NCBI GenBank assembly: GCA_951406725.2
Contig: OX597824.1
Coordinates: 32,260,001 to 32,322,000, forward strand
Direction: 5' to 3'
Length of the DNA: 62,000 bases
Source of the DNA: Octopus vulgaris
Lineage: Eukaryota
Part shown: piece by piece, positions 46,731 to 59,642 of the stretch
How the letters are laid out: every line of letters begins with the position of its first letter
How positions within the stretch are numbered: position 1 is the stretch's first letter
Translations under genes and position numbers: made by a program
The notes under the pieces: generated by a model
Databases searched by the model: none
Seen by the model: only the letters and a program-made list of their open reading frames with translations
What the model was told of the DNA's origin: nothing

Positions 46731-47475
46731 GTACCTTTACCCTCAATCTCTTGGCGTATGAACTTTCATGGATGAAACCGGCTTTTGAAAATGCAGTGCG
46801 ACCACATCTCTAGACTTCATACCATACAGTTGTTCAACGACCTGCAGTTCAATTTTTTTCCACACTGCTGGCTATTCTTCCTTGCTATAACAGCTATTCA
46901 CTTTTGTTCGGTGAGAGATGTTCCAAACAATCTTAGCGGCATTTCGTCCGTCTTTACGCTCTGGGTTCTTATTTCGCCGAGGTCGATTTTACCTTTCATC
47001 CTTTCGGAATTGATAAAATAAATATCAGTTGAGCACTGGGTCAATTGACTATTCCCCCACCCCAAAATTTCAGGCCTTGTGCCTATAATAGAAAGGATTA
47101 TTATCATTCAATTTCATCGAAATCAAATATATTTCCTTTTTTGCTCTGTGATTCAATGTTTTTTTTTTTGTGTTTTTATTTTGCAAGCTTTACAAAATGA
47201 AAATTTGTTCTATGGAGTTCTCGCCAAGAAGGATTTTATTTATCTGTGGATGTCTGCTCTTGACGGCAGGAAGTTAACGAGTAAAGGTTTAGTTTGTTTT
47301 TACAATATTACAGGATATTCATAAATTATCTTTACAACTTCCACAGTTTATTGTATCTATTAAAGTTGAAAACTATCTCCCAATTTCTAGGCAGCCAGTG
47401 GAACCCACTAAGAAGTGTTCTGATGCTTCTAATAAAACTTAATTTGTCCTTCTGTATTTTCCAATGAACTCTGAC

Positions 47476-47868
47476 TCTCTTTTACTCTTTTACTTGTTTC
47501 AGTCATTTGACTGCGGCCATGCTGGAGCACCGCCTTTAGTCGAGCAAATCGATCCCGGGACTTATTCTTTGTAAGCCCAGTCTCTTTTGCCGAACCGCTA
47601 AGTGACGGGGACGTAAACACACCAGCATCGGTTGTCAAGCAATGCTAGGGGCACAAACACAGACACACAAACATATACACACACATACATATATATACAT
47701 ATGTACGACAGGCTTCTTTCATTTCCGTCTACCAAATCCACTCACAAGGCATTGGTCGGCCCGGGGCTATAGCAGAAGACAATTGCCCAAGATGCCACGC
47801 AGTGGGACTGAACCCGGAACCATGTGGTTGGTAAGCAAGCTACGTACCACACAGCCACTGCTGCGCCT
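47476..47868 (-). mobile_element. Composite SINE S2
   Basis: Reverse complement of the 50003-50480 copy with a shorter microsatellite. Confidence 0.85.
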
Positions 47869-48716
47869 ATGAGTTATTATTTTCCCTTCTTTTTCTCTTC
47901 TGAATTTCTCAAATTGAAGAGGTAATTTATGGACATTCTGTAAACTTTCTTTCATATTTTGATGACAATTTCTACGTCAAAATACCAACTGAATAAGCTG
48001 CACGATGTACGTGGATACTCTGTTAAAAGGCAGAAAAATGCAGTATTCGTCTAGGGAAAGCCTTTTTGTGTTAAAAACCACAAAATAATATCGCTATCAG
48101 ATAAAAAGCGTCTAGTAATAGCAGCAGAGTTGTTAAACTAAGATACCTGCTTCTTTGAGTACCACCAGTAGCAAGTATCTACTTGCAGCTGTATGCTTAG
48201 ACAAATTTAGCCTCTATTAATATAGAAAAACAATAATTAACAAATCATTGGTGTCGCAAATAACCGGCCAGCAGGCTAAAAATTCGTTATTAGCGACGGA
48301 AGCAAAATTAGTTCAGAATAACATTCTGTTTATTTTACTTAATATAGCTACACTGTAGAAAGTTATAGAACGTCGATATTCGCCTCGCGAAAGAATCTCC
48401 TATGGACGTATAGTGCTAAAAACCCACAGAAAGTCCATTCTTTTGTTAAAGACTAAATATCATACCATACGGACATACGCGCAATCATTATTATAATAAG
48501 GATCATTGTTAAATCCTTATTATTACGCGCGCGTGCGAGCGCATGTGTTTGTGTGTAATGTATTTATAAAATTTAGTTACTATTCGGTTTGAAGCTTTCA
48601 TTTTCTTTTGAAGCCTAGACGACGCAACAAGAAAATTGGACCTCGAACTTCTTAAAATCGTATCCTATTATAAAATGAATGACATGAAAATAACGGTTAT
48701 AATTTTATATACATAA

Positions 48717-49108
48717 CTAGCAGTATCGCCCGGCGTTGCTCGGGTTTGTTTCGACCCTTTAGAATTAGAATTTTTGAAAAGTAAAAATTTTGCCTTATGT
48801 AGCTTGTTATTCTCTTTAAGTGAACATTTTCCTGGTTGAAATACACCGAAAAATGGCGACACAGCAGTAAAAAAATCGTAAAAAATAGGGATTTTCATAA
48901 AAAAAAGCACGTTTTTGATGTAGATAATTTTTGGTGTTAACATGGTCCAATTTTAATTTTTTTCTTCTGCAGAAGGAAGAGCAAGCCTTCTTCTATCATA
49001 CTCTCAATTTTGGTCAACTTGCGCCGCAGGGTCTCGGAGGAGATAGTGTTAGTTGAAGGTTACCAAACCTGCCACACACAGACAACTTCAGCTTTATATA
49101 TGTATAGA
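48717..49108 (-). mobile_element. Non-autonomous Helitron with family termini but a different interior
   Basis: TCtatacatatataaagctgaagttg 5' end; cccgagcaacgccgggcgatactgCTAG 3' end. Confidence 0.85.
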
Positions 49109-49262
49109 GAGATAAACGCATCATATATAATTATGACGTTTTATAATGTAAATCTAACAAGTTTAAAACTTCGCTTTTTATACATTTGAAGTTAAAAAAA
49201 AATATGAGTGAATAGGAGGAATTAATTTGTTGGAATATATTTCCTCATTTCCTACAAGAACT

Positions 49263-49655
49263 ATGTCTGCCACTGAAAACGTTGACTCTTCCTCTGGATT
49301 TGAGACTAAAGGTCATAGACTGGAGGTAGATCTCACTGATGTTTTCGGAATTCGTGTCGGAAATAAAAATCAGTTATTCACATTCTATCCTGGATCAATT
49401 TCTGACGGAAAACTATCAAGAGATTCTAGTGACATCACCATCAATAGTGACTCCACTTCGCTTGATATAAGAAATATTGTAGATGAAATAAAAGAAATTA
49501 AAGCAAACATGGTTACAAGGTCCTGCTATTGTAAGCTGAAAGAAGAAAACGAATGCTTGCATCGAATGATTCACGCTTTGAAAGATTCAAACGAGCAAAT
49601 ATTTCGTAAAATTGCTAAAGAATTATTTGAACTCAAACAACGAGGTACAATGTAA
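49263..49655 (+). CDS. Putative 130-aa intronless orphan ORF with C-terminal coiled coil
   Basis: ATG at 49263 (act ATG t); complex, non-repetitive composition; heptad-like IVDEIKEIKANM..LKEENECLHRMIHALKDSNEQI..; AATAAA at 49855. No homology recognised. Confidence 0.4.
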   Translation: MSATENVDSSSGFETKGHRLEVDLTDVFGIRVGNKNQLFTFYPGSISDGKLSRDSSDITINSDSTSLDIRNIVDEIKEIKANMVTRSCYCKLKEENECLHRMIHALKDSNEQIFRKIAKELFELKQRGTM

Positions 49656-50002
49656 TCAAAGACAACTATTTAACTCAGTACAACAGAGAATAATAATTTC
49701 TCTAAGTCCAGTCGAATATTTAAACATTTTATTTGGTTAATATGTCATCTTCCTGTTTCGATTTCAAGATGACACCGTTTCACTTTACATTCTTTATTTA
49801 GAAAAGATATGAATACCACAGCATCTTATTTTCTTCTCTCCTAAATTAAGAGACAATAAATACAAGTTTTAAGATTTAAAATATGCTAATGATTTCTTTA
49901 CTTAAGGGATATTCCAATTCTGATACAAATTTTGATTAACTAACACAAGGGCAAAGAAACCTTCATTTCGTGTGTTCCTTTATTCTTTTATATGTCCATA
50001 TA

Positions 50003-50165
50003 GGCGCAGGAGTGGCTGTGTGGTAAGTAGCTTGCTTACCAACCACATGGTTTCGGATTCAGTCCCACTGCGTGGTACCTTGGGCAAGTGTCTTCTACTA
50101 TAGCCTCGGGCCGACCAAAGCCTTTTGAGTGGATTTGGTAAACGGAAACTGAAAGAAGCGTGTCG

Positions 50166-50255
<90 letters not shown>

Positions 50256-50480
50256 GTGTGTACATGTTTGTGTAGCTGTGTATGTCACACACCCCAACAT
50301 CACTTGACAACCGATGCTGGTGTGTTTGCGTCCTCGTAACTTAGCGGTTCGGCAAAAGAGATCGATAGAATAAGTACTAGGCTTACAAAGAATAAGTCCT
50401 GGGGTCGATTTGTTCAACTAAAGGCGTTGCTCCAGCATGGCCGCAGTCAAATGACTGAAACAAGTAAAAGAGTAAAAGAG
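50003..50480 (+). mobile_element. Composite SINE S2, full length, with long internal (TA)n
   Basis: ggcgcaggagtggctgtgtggtaag head to caagtaaaagagtaaaagag tail. Confidence 0.88.
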
Positions 50481-51605
50481 TATATATTTTTCACACGAGC
50501 ATAAATACTTTAGCTCGAAATTCCAGATCTATTGGGAGAAATAAATAAATTTGAGGTGTTCATATATTTTCCAAATACAGTAAAAGCAAAAAATAAAGTA
50601 AGTCTTCTGGCCATTACTGTCTCAAGTCTTAGGACTCATGGGGGACAGCTACTCAGTTCCCATGGTGAATGAGTGGAGTCACAACATTCACTCTGAACGG
50701 AATACAAGTTCATGACAGGGTTACTCACTTATAGCAGAGTGGATTGGAGCAATGTGAAATGAAGCGTTTTGTTCAAGAACACAAAGCATCGCCTAGTCCT
50801 GGAATCGAAGCCAAAATCTTACGATCATATGAGCAACAGCCTAATCATTAGGTCACTTGCTTTCACACCGAATAGAGTATCCGCACAACAAAGCACTTTC
50901 AACTGGTTTTCGAAACGGAATTCGGAATGATGTGGTCGAGAACCTTGTACCGCTTGACGGCGCTCCCTGCTACAAATTTTTACATGAAGAGTAATGTTGA
51001 TGATGATGATTATCACTTGCCATAAACATTAATACTGGGAAATTGAATCCCGTCTATTCATTTACATCCGTGGTTTCCAAACAGCTTCGTGCTACCGCCC
51101 TCTTGACACCAAAGCCACATTCCTAGTCCCCTCCTCCACTCACCACCACAAATGTAGGCTACTTTCTGCAGCAAATTCAAAACAATTGTATTTCATAAAT
51201 AAAATCTGACCTAAACGACCCATTAATTTGTTGTATTTACATTCATCGGCCCCTTTTAGTTAACCCATTACTGCCCCACTTTTCTTCAACGTCCCCACGC
51301 TGAATCTTTCCAATGCCCCCTGGGAGGCAGTACCGCTCATCGGCGAAAGTGATCGATAGAATAAATACCAAGCTTAAACAGAAAGTACTGGGATCCATTC
51401 GTTGGACTAAAATTCTTCAAGACGGCAACCTAGCATGGCCGCAGCCCAATGACTGAAACAAGTAAAAAGAATAAAAGAAATAACCGTTTACAGAAACACA
51501 GAATGAACTAAACAGAATAAGAGACACATGGGATGGAGAGTCGTTGAAGAGGTCACAAGCTGAGGGGGTTTTCAATCAAAAGACACTAAACTAAGAATAA
51601 TAATC

Positions 51606-52160
51606 ATTTCTACTAAAGGTGCAAGGCCTGAAATTTGCGGGGACGGAGCTAGTCGATTAGATCAACCCCAGTACGTAACCGGTACTTAATTTATCGACCC
51701 CGATGAAAGGCAAAGTCGATCTCGGCGGAATTTGAACTCAGAACGTAGCGACGGGCGAAATACCTATTTCTTTACAACCCACAAGGGGCTAAACACAGAG
51801 AGGACAAACAATGACAGACAAACAGATTAAGTCGATTATATCAACCCCAGTGCGCAACTGGTACTTATTTAATCGATCCCGAAAGGATGAAAGGTAAAGT
51901 CGACCTCGGCGGAGTTTGAACTCAAAACGTAGTGGCAGACGAAATACCTATTTTTTTACTACCCATAAGGGGCTAAACACAGAGAGGACAAACAAGGACA
52001 GACAAACGGATTAAGTCGATTCCATCGACCCCAGTGCATAACTGGTACTTATTTAATTGACCCCGAAAGGATGAAAGGCAAAGTCGACCTCGGCGGAATT
52101 TGAACTCAGAACGTAACGGCAGACGAAATACCGCTAAGCATTTCGTCCAGCTTGCCAGCT
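51606..52160 (-). mobile_element. SINE S1 trimer; last unit has tail B
   Basis: Junctions gaaatacc|tattt near 51947 and 51766. Confidence 0.85.
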
Positions 52161-52504
52161 CACCGCTTTTAAAGTAAGAATAACAACAGCACACAGAGAG
52201 CGCAAACCTCCGCCAACGCAACACCAACATCCTCTCACTGATTAACCGGAGATGATTTTTAAGATGAGAATATCTGAAATAAAATCGACTGCTCTCACAA
52301 ACGAGAATACTAAAAAATTACTCGATCGCTTTCAAACGGAAAAACAATTCAAATATATATATATATATTGAGTGAGATGTGAAGGGAGAGAATATGAAAT
52401 ACCAATACAGAGATTGTCACGCATTTACTATCATAAGATTCACGGCAGAGTGAGCCATAATTATCACTGTGCAAAAGTTGCCAGATTTTAATTTTGTATT
52501 CTCA

Positions 52505-52561
<57 letters not shown>

Positions 52562-52576
52562 TAATAATGATAATAC

Positions 52577-53280
52577 CAAAAACATGTAATGAAAAGAAAT
52601 ATTACAAGTAACTGCAGAATATGTGGAGATGGACAAGAAACAATAAATCATATTATCTCTAGCTGCCCAGTCCTGGCTAAGAAGGAATATATTCACAGAC
52701 ATGACAGAGTTGGAACCTACATACATTGGAAGCTATGCCAACATTATGGAATAACAACAGAAAAAAGATGGTATAGGCACACACCAGAAAAGGTCACAGA
52801 AAACGAGAAAGCAACCATACTCTGGGATATGCCGATACACACAGACAGAGAAATTAAGGCCAACAGACCAGATATAGTTGTCAGAGACCATGGAGGAAAA
52901 AAATGCTTTCTAATTGATGTATCAATACCGGCTGATGACAACGTGTCTCTAAAAGAAATGGAGAAACTCTCAAAATACAAAGACCTGGAAATAGAGGTAA
53001 CTAGAATGTGGAATCTGAAAACAGAAACAATTCCTATCATAGTAGGTGCATTAGGCATGATAAAAAAATATTCAGACAAATACATAACAAAAACACCAGG
53101 ACTTACAAACACATATAACATACAGAAAATTGCACTACTAGGCACTGCACACATCCTACGCAGAACACTTTCCACACAATAACCATCAGAGCATCACAAC
53201 AAATCACAGCACATACCCAAGGCACACAGAGCTGCGCTCTGTAGTGAAGTGAAAGCACGCTATAAAAATAAAACTACTGA
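52577..53280 (+). mobile_element. 5'-truncated RLE-type non-LTR retrotransposon (R4/Dong-like) inserted in (TAA)n
   Basis: Open 197-aa ORF 52589-53182 with CCHC (CRIC..H..SC), RHD, RPDIVV..LIDVSIP and EKLSKY restriction-like endonuclease motifs; (TAA)n on both sides. Confidence 0.88.
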
Positions 53281-53319
53281 ATAATGATAATAATAATGAT
53301 AATAATAATAATAATATTG

Positions 53320-53397
53320 GTGCCAACATACACCGGAAAAGGTAATGGACAAAAATGGGAAGGCAAAAATCCTCTGGGACTTTGATTTCCAGACAAA
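53320..53397 (+). mobile_element. Short second RLE-LINE fragment
   Basis: HTPEKVMDKNGKAKILWDFDFQT parallels HTPEKVTENEKATILWD of the adjacent element. Confidence 0.65.
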
Positions 53398-54042
53398 GTG
53401 TTCAAATTCCTTAAACAACCCATATTCAGGGACCTTTTGAACAGGATGGGTTACTCGACCAGAAGAAAATTCTAACTGGGCCCCACCTGTAAGGTCATAC
53501 GCTGTTTATCTTGATATGAGATCACCATGTCGCGCACATATGGTTGTGATGCATGTACCTAGTGTACCCTTATCAGACGGGTAATCATGATAGGTATACT
53601 GGGCTTCGTATATTTTACCCCAGTGTCACTTTGATGGCATGCACTGCTCTCTCATGATAACAACAACAACAACAATAATAATCATTCCTACTACATGTAC
53701 AATGCCTGAAATTTGGGGAAGGGAGATAATCGATTACATTGACCCCAATACTCAAGTGGTACTTATTTTATCGACGCCGAAAGGAATTTATGGGGCCATG
53801 GTTCAAATCATTCCCTTCAGCCATAGTTCTTCGCCTTTATTGAACCAGTTCTTTTCAGTTCATTCGTCAACAGATATTCCCATATATTCTATTTGCTCCA
53901 AACGTATTTTTCTTCAGAGATCCCTTCAATCATCCACTGACCCTTTATCTGATGTTCCCCATATGAAAACTTTTTTTACTCTTCTTTACTACTGCCCACT
54001 TATCTATGACCTATTTATTGATCTCTTTTTAACGTCAAGGCT

Positions 54043-54340
54043 CATGGCTCAGTGGTTAGAGCGTCGGGCTCACAGTCATGAGGTAGTGAGTTCGATTCCC
54101 GGACAGGGCTGTGCGTTGTGTTCTCAAGCAAGACATTTTACCTCACGTTGCTCCAGTTCACTCAGCTGTAGAAATGAATTGCGACGTCACTGGTGCCAAG
54201 CTGTATCGGCCTTTGCCTTTTTCTTGGATAGCATCAGTGACGTGGAGAGGGGAGACTGGTATTGTTCAGACTTGTGCCTCGGAGGGTAAACTCCAAGGTG
54301 CAATTCTATGGCCATTCATGACCTAAGGAGTTTTTACCCT
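54043..54340 (+). mobile_element. tRNA-derived SINE S3
   Basis: ggctcagtggttagagcg..gagttcgattccc head; shared body. Confidence 0.82.
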
Positions 54341-55676
54341 ATTTATTGATATCTTTTAATAATGGTTGATAATGCGAGTTCATCAAACAGTTATTTAAAA
54401 ATGCCCCTACGACACTCATTTTCGAATATATTCAACATTTGTTTTATTGGTTTGGTAACTTACCAGCTTTTATCAGCCAAAAACAAAAAAAAATTGATGA
54501 TCGTATAACGAAGGCGTTACTCACTTTTGTTACTATTAGGCAGATTATATATTTCCTATTTCAATTGAAAGTCTATATCACCTTATCATCTTTAGATACG
54601 GAAATATCTAACGGTCCCACAACGGTATTTGAATGAATTTTTATCCATTCCACATAGGTCAGCTCCTCAAGATGATATGTGGATAATTCCTTAAAAACGT
54701 TAGATTTGATACCCTTAAAGTAATATTAGTATACACGTACAGAAGTAGTGAGGAGATGATAGCAAGCTGTGTCCAAACATTGCTAGTTTGCAAAATAAAA
54801 AATTTCTTAACATCAAGAGGAACGTTATTACCATCATCAAATGTTGATGGATAAGTCTGCTGTTAGCTTCATTTAATTGAATTATTTTTAATTTCAACTT
54901 ATATGATATTAATGCAATGGTTAATTTCTTTTGCAACAAATTATTTCGGATATACTTCCTCATGTTTCGAAGCAATTCAAAAAAATTTTCACCAAAATTA
55001 TTAAAGTACGAAACATAGTCGATGTTCTTTCCATTTCAAACGTGAAATCTTCGAGACCAAGCAATTTAGTATTGTTACTACAATAACTTTTACTTTGTAA
55101 TGCGTATACGACACAATGGCTAGGGAGCATTTAAAAAATGGGAGATAGCTCAATTGGAAATCCCATAAGATTCATAATAAAGTAACACGGAAGTTCATTC
55201 GATAACAACTAGTTTGGTGCCACGGGAGGAATTTCATTTATCAAAACCTCTTTAAAAAAGAAACCGATTGGAAACATTGAAATACTGGTTGGTAGTATTT
55301 TAAAACATGAATTTTGTTTTTAGAATTGATCTTTGAATAACATTTCTGTCTGCGGAAGCTGTTACTTCGTTTTGTAAAACAATAAAACGCCGAATGTGCA
55401 AAACTAAAACTTTCTCGTTGGAATTTCAGCGTCGAATTATTTGTCAAATGATACGTCAGATGTAACAAAAAAAAAAAAAAAAAAAAGAAACCTGCCGTAC
55501 TTTTCGGAATAGTTGTTCTACATAAGTCGGAATTTCTGCTTCTTTTTTTCTTTTAATAGCACATTTCAAAACAATGGAGATACGAGAAGCTGTTAAAACA
55601 AATTTAAATCCATGTTTTTCAAACGTTTCCTTGTTGCATTAGTTATGTCAAAAACCTGGTGTCAGTTTATATACAA

Positions 55677-58600
55677 CTAGCTGAGGTACCCGGCATTGCT
55701 CGGGGTGTGAACGCTTTGAATACTTATTTTCTTGTCTAACGACCAGCGTCGCGAAGTGCTTTTGAAAAACGTACAGAATTCCATGCCAAAACGTACCAAA
55801 ATTCACAAAAAATGTACAAAATATTTTTGAAACATGTCACAACCGCGAAAAATAGAGAAAAATACGGTTTTTCTTAGAAAATCTGAAATATATGGGTGTA
55901 TAATGACTTGAAATTGATGAAAATACATTTTTTTTTTCTAGTTTCAGCTCAGAGCTGCGGCCATGCTGATGCACCGCCGTTAAAAAGAAAGAATATTGAA
56001 ATCTAACATTTCTAAAACGTACAATACAGTCAATTTTTCAGTAAAAGCATACAGAACTGTACAAACTTGCCAACTTCGGCAGCGCTGCTAACGAACCCTC
56101 CAGGTGAAGTCCTGCCACAGAGAGTGTTTGCCCTTGCGATTTGTTGCTCGACATCGCAAAACTCACACGAACAGAATGACCGCCTCAATAACACGTGGCA
56201 CCATCTTCTTCACCACCAGTCGTGCCGCGTTGAACAGTCTCAGAGGATCCAAATTCTTCAGCAGCATTATTGGAATGCCCACTTTCAGTCCCAATCTGTG
56301 GGAAGGGAGACCCGGAGGTTCCAATGAATTGAAGAATTCTGTGCGGGATTTGGTGTTGTATCAACTGACTTGAAGACTTGCGGAATTCCAGGCATGAACT
56401 GCAGCAGCTGCTCATTGATATTATTGACATGGATATTATTGACAATTGATATATATATTGACATTGTCAATATTATTGACACTGATATTATTGATATTAT
56501 TAGTGGGTTTTTTTTGAGCAAGTATTGCCTTTTCGCATAGCCAACTGAGATTCTTGTAATTTTCCCTCAGATTGGGAAACACAACAGATTTGAGATCATT
56601 AACGGTACTAATGATGGTGCAAACTGGTCTGAGTGGAATTTCTTGCCTTCACCAGGAGTCAAAATATCTTCAGCAAATTTTGCCGACAGTTGGTCACCGT
56701 ACAGTTGAGCTCTCATGTTAGTGTTAAGACGCAATATTGTGACCTGGTGTCATAATGGAGAGGACTTAAGACACACTCGGACTTCATCCGCCCTGGTTCC
56801 TTTGGGAATTACTGTAAGAGTTTGCCTGAAATCCCCAGGTAATAAAAGTGTGACACCTCCTCCCACCATGGGATCCTGACAGTCCCTGATGTCTAAAGCT
56901 TCATGAGCTCCTTTGTGTGTCATGGTGCATTCATCCAACACAACGAGCTGACACCTTCTCAGCACTTTTCCATTATCTGAGCTCTTACTGATGTGACAAG
57001 TAGGAATGTCAAATCTTGTCATATAGAGAGGAAGCTTAAATGTAGAATGTGCTGTCCTGCCACCAGGCAGTAAAATCTCCGCAACCCCATCTCCGCAATA
57101 TCTAATGCGATGCCCTTGTGCTGTCTAACTTTGGCTAGGAGAAGCTTTGTTACGTATGTTTTTCCTGTCCCCCCCCCCTGGAGCATCCAGGAAAAATATG
57201 CCTCCTCTTCGGTAGAGCACACAGTCAACAATAATGCGGTAAGAGCGTTGCTGGTCAGGAAGCAATTTAGGCTCAGTTTGGATGACATATCTCGTGAGAG
57301 CCTCAATGTCGTAGGACGTTTCTTGAAGAATGTATGTGGGAAGAGAATTCGAAGTTTCCCGTAGTGTTTGGGGCAAACCATATGTAGGAAGAGCATTTCC
57401 ACCCATTGAAACAATCTTGTCCTCTATATCGATCAACACAAGCTTGTAGACTCCATCACTGAAGCCTACTTCTATGCCGGGCAACTGCATTTGTGCCTCT
57501 TTTTTGCCATTCCACAGTGTACATGTCACATTTCACATGTCCAAGTACCTGACTTTTTATGATGAAGTCCAACAGTTTAATCAACTTTAACCGAAAGACT
57601 CTGGCCATGAGGACATGCTTGTCTTTGGGTTTTTGACCCGCAAAGAGTTCACTACTGCCACTAAGGATTGCATATGAAGGCGATAAATAGATCAGGTCTC
57701 CCATAATGCCGCACATATGTCATTGTACTCTGGGTCCTCTCATGCATATAGCGGGGACCTCCTGTAAAAGTAGATAGAAGAATGCAAACTTGTCCAATGT
57801 TTCTGGGAGCTGCATCATTGTCGATACTACTTCGAAGATGGATGTAGCTGTCACAACGCAGCCTTTTCTGATTTTTTTTTATGAACCCCAATCTCTCAGA
57901 CTCCATTTTTGCATTCATATCAACTGCAAATTGGTGGTAGAGTTCCTGCGACCTGTGTAGGTGGTTGAAGCAGTTGTTGCATGTCAAAGCGGTCCGTGCA
58001 TGAAACTGTTTTGTTGATTTGCTCTCCAGCATTGTTAGTGCTACGCTTTGGAATGCCAAAATGGTAACCGTTCTCACCATGTACAAAGAGAAGGGGATAC
58101 TGAAGTGCATCGTAGGATCTCTGTGTTTCAGTGGTCCTTTGTATTGTATTCTCTCAACGATTGAGAACAATGTCTCTGCTCTTGTATTGGTCACCATGGA
58201 AGACAACAGCAATCCCATTGCATGTGGGTGCATTATAGCAGCCTGCATGTTCCCCAGATTGTCTTTGCTCAGCGTTTATTACAACGGTAAAATTTGGTGT
58301 AGTTTCTGTTTCCAAAGCATACCTGAGGCTTTGGACATAGCTGTTTCTAAAATGCATCATCTTCTAAAGTGGCAGAATGAGCTCCAGGTGAAATGGAGTT
58401 TCGCCTGCTTGCTTGCTGATGGTAGTTCCCAACAAAGTACAGCTGAAGAAATCGAGGTTCTTCATTTTTCAGAGGCTGGAATGATCCAATCCTGTGATAC
58501 GCCTGTCCTTGCACTTTAAAAGTGGGTATAAATCCATCCTCTCTGACAATATTTGCCCCAAAAGAGGTCATTTGAAAAGCGCAATTGTACTTTCGAATGT

Positions 58601-59642
58601 TATCCAAGAAGTACTTCGACTCTGCTGTTGTACCTGCAAGTAGAAGCTTCAACGGCTGTGGTGGATCTTCAAGGAGGCGGGCAATTGGACCTTCTCGTTG
58701 GAGCAGCACATTCCGAAATTTTCTCCTGACCATCTTTTGGCGTTTCAGAACTGGCAAGTAAATGACATATCACCGATCTGAATATCTGGATAGATGGCAT
58801 AGTTGACATTGGGATCATAGTGGAATGCTTTTAAGAGCCACTGTGAATTGCAGGGTTTAGAAATGCCCCGGGCATTACCTCTTCTCTGAACATTATTCCC
58901 AAGCCTACTACTTCGATCTTCTACAGTCTCTGCAGTTCGCGCAGCAGCAGTTGCTGTAGCATCTCTATTCTGGCGAATGGCACTGTTCTCCGTCCTCTGA
59001 ACCTCGTGCAGCTGCAGCATTCCTAGTATGGCGAATGGCGCGCTGTTTTTCGTTGTCTGCAGCTCGCGCAGCTGCAGTTGCTGTAGCATCCCTTGTACGA
59101 CGAATAATGTGCTGTGACTGACTCAGGTTAGCATGTACTGAAGCTGTTAATGAAGCATTTCCGATCTGGCGACTGCTAAGCAGCTCCTCACTTTCCATAG
59201 CTCTTGCGGTGGTTGTGCAAGCAGCATTTTGTGAATGTCTTCGTGCAGTCTCATGCGAGGATTCATTTGCTCTCCTTCTCTTCGATGCTTCTGCTGGGGT
59301 GGTTTTGCGACCAATACGGGGTCTTTTCTTAGGTAGCATTATCTCAGAGTTTAGAAGCTTCAATTACAAAATGCAGATGTGGAAAAAGTAAATTTAAATA
59401 CACGGAGTGCAAAAACTTTAGAGACAGAAAACGGAGAATATCGGTTGAAAACTGCAAAAGTTTTTTTTAGAGAAAAAAAACCCCGTGCGAAACATTTTTT
59501 CTACAGTTTCTCGCTTTAAGCAAGAGCTCTGGGGAAAACGTTATAATGCATGACCATGCTTGGCACATAAGTAATGTGCGTGTAAAGTTTGGCGAAAATC
59601 GGTTGAAACTGTGCAGTGTTGCTGGTGCTATGTATGTAAAGA
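55677..59642 (-). mobile_element. Decayed autonomous Helitron (Rep-PIF1 helicase pseudogene) with internal deletion
   Basis: Frameshifted ORFs: FKVQGQAYHRIGS, GGPRYM, RPDLFIAFICNP (Rep motif 1), YTVEWQKRG (motif 2, cut), FFLDAPGG/TGKT (Walker A), LDECTM, GDFRQTL, KSQGQTL. 3' cccgagcaatgccggg hairpin + CTAG|t at 55677; candidate 5' a|TCtttacatac at 59642. Confidence 0.9.

Noticed and set aside
54440-54600. Minus-strand exons suggested by gtaagt and gtgagt donor motifs
   Set aside because: Upstream frames contain stops and no matching acceptors were found; cannot be supported without RNA data.
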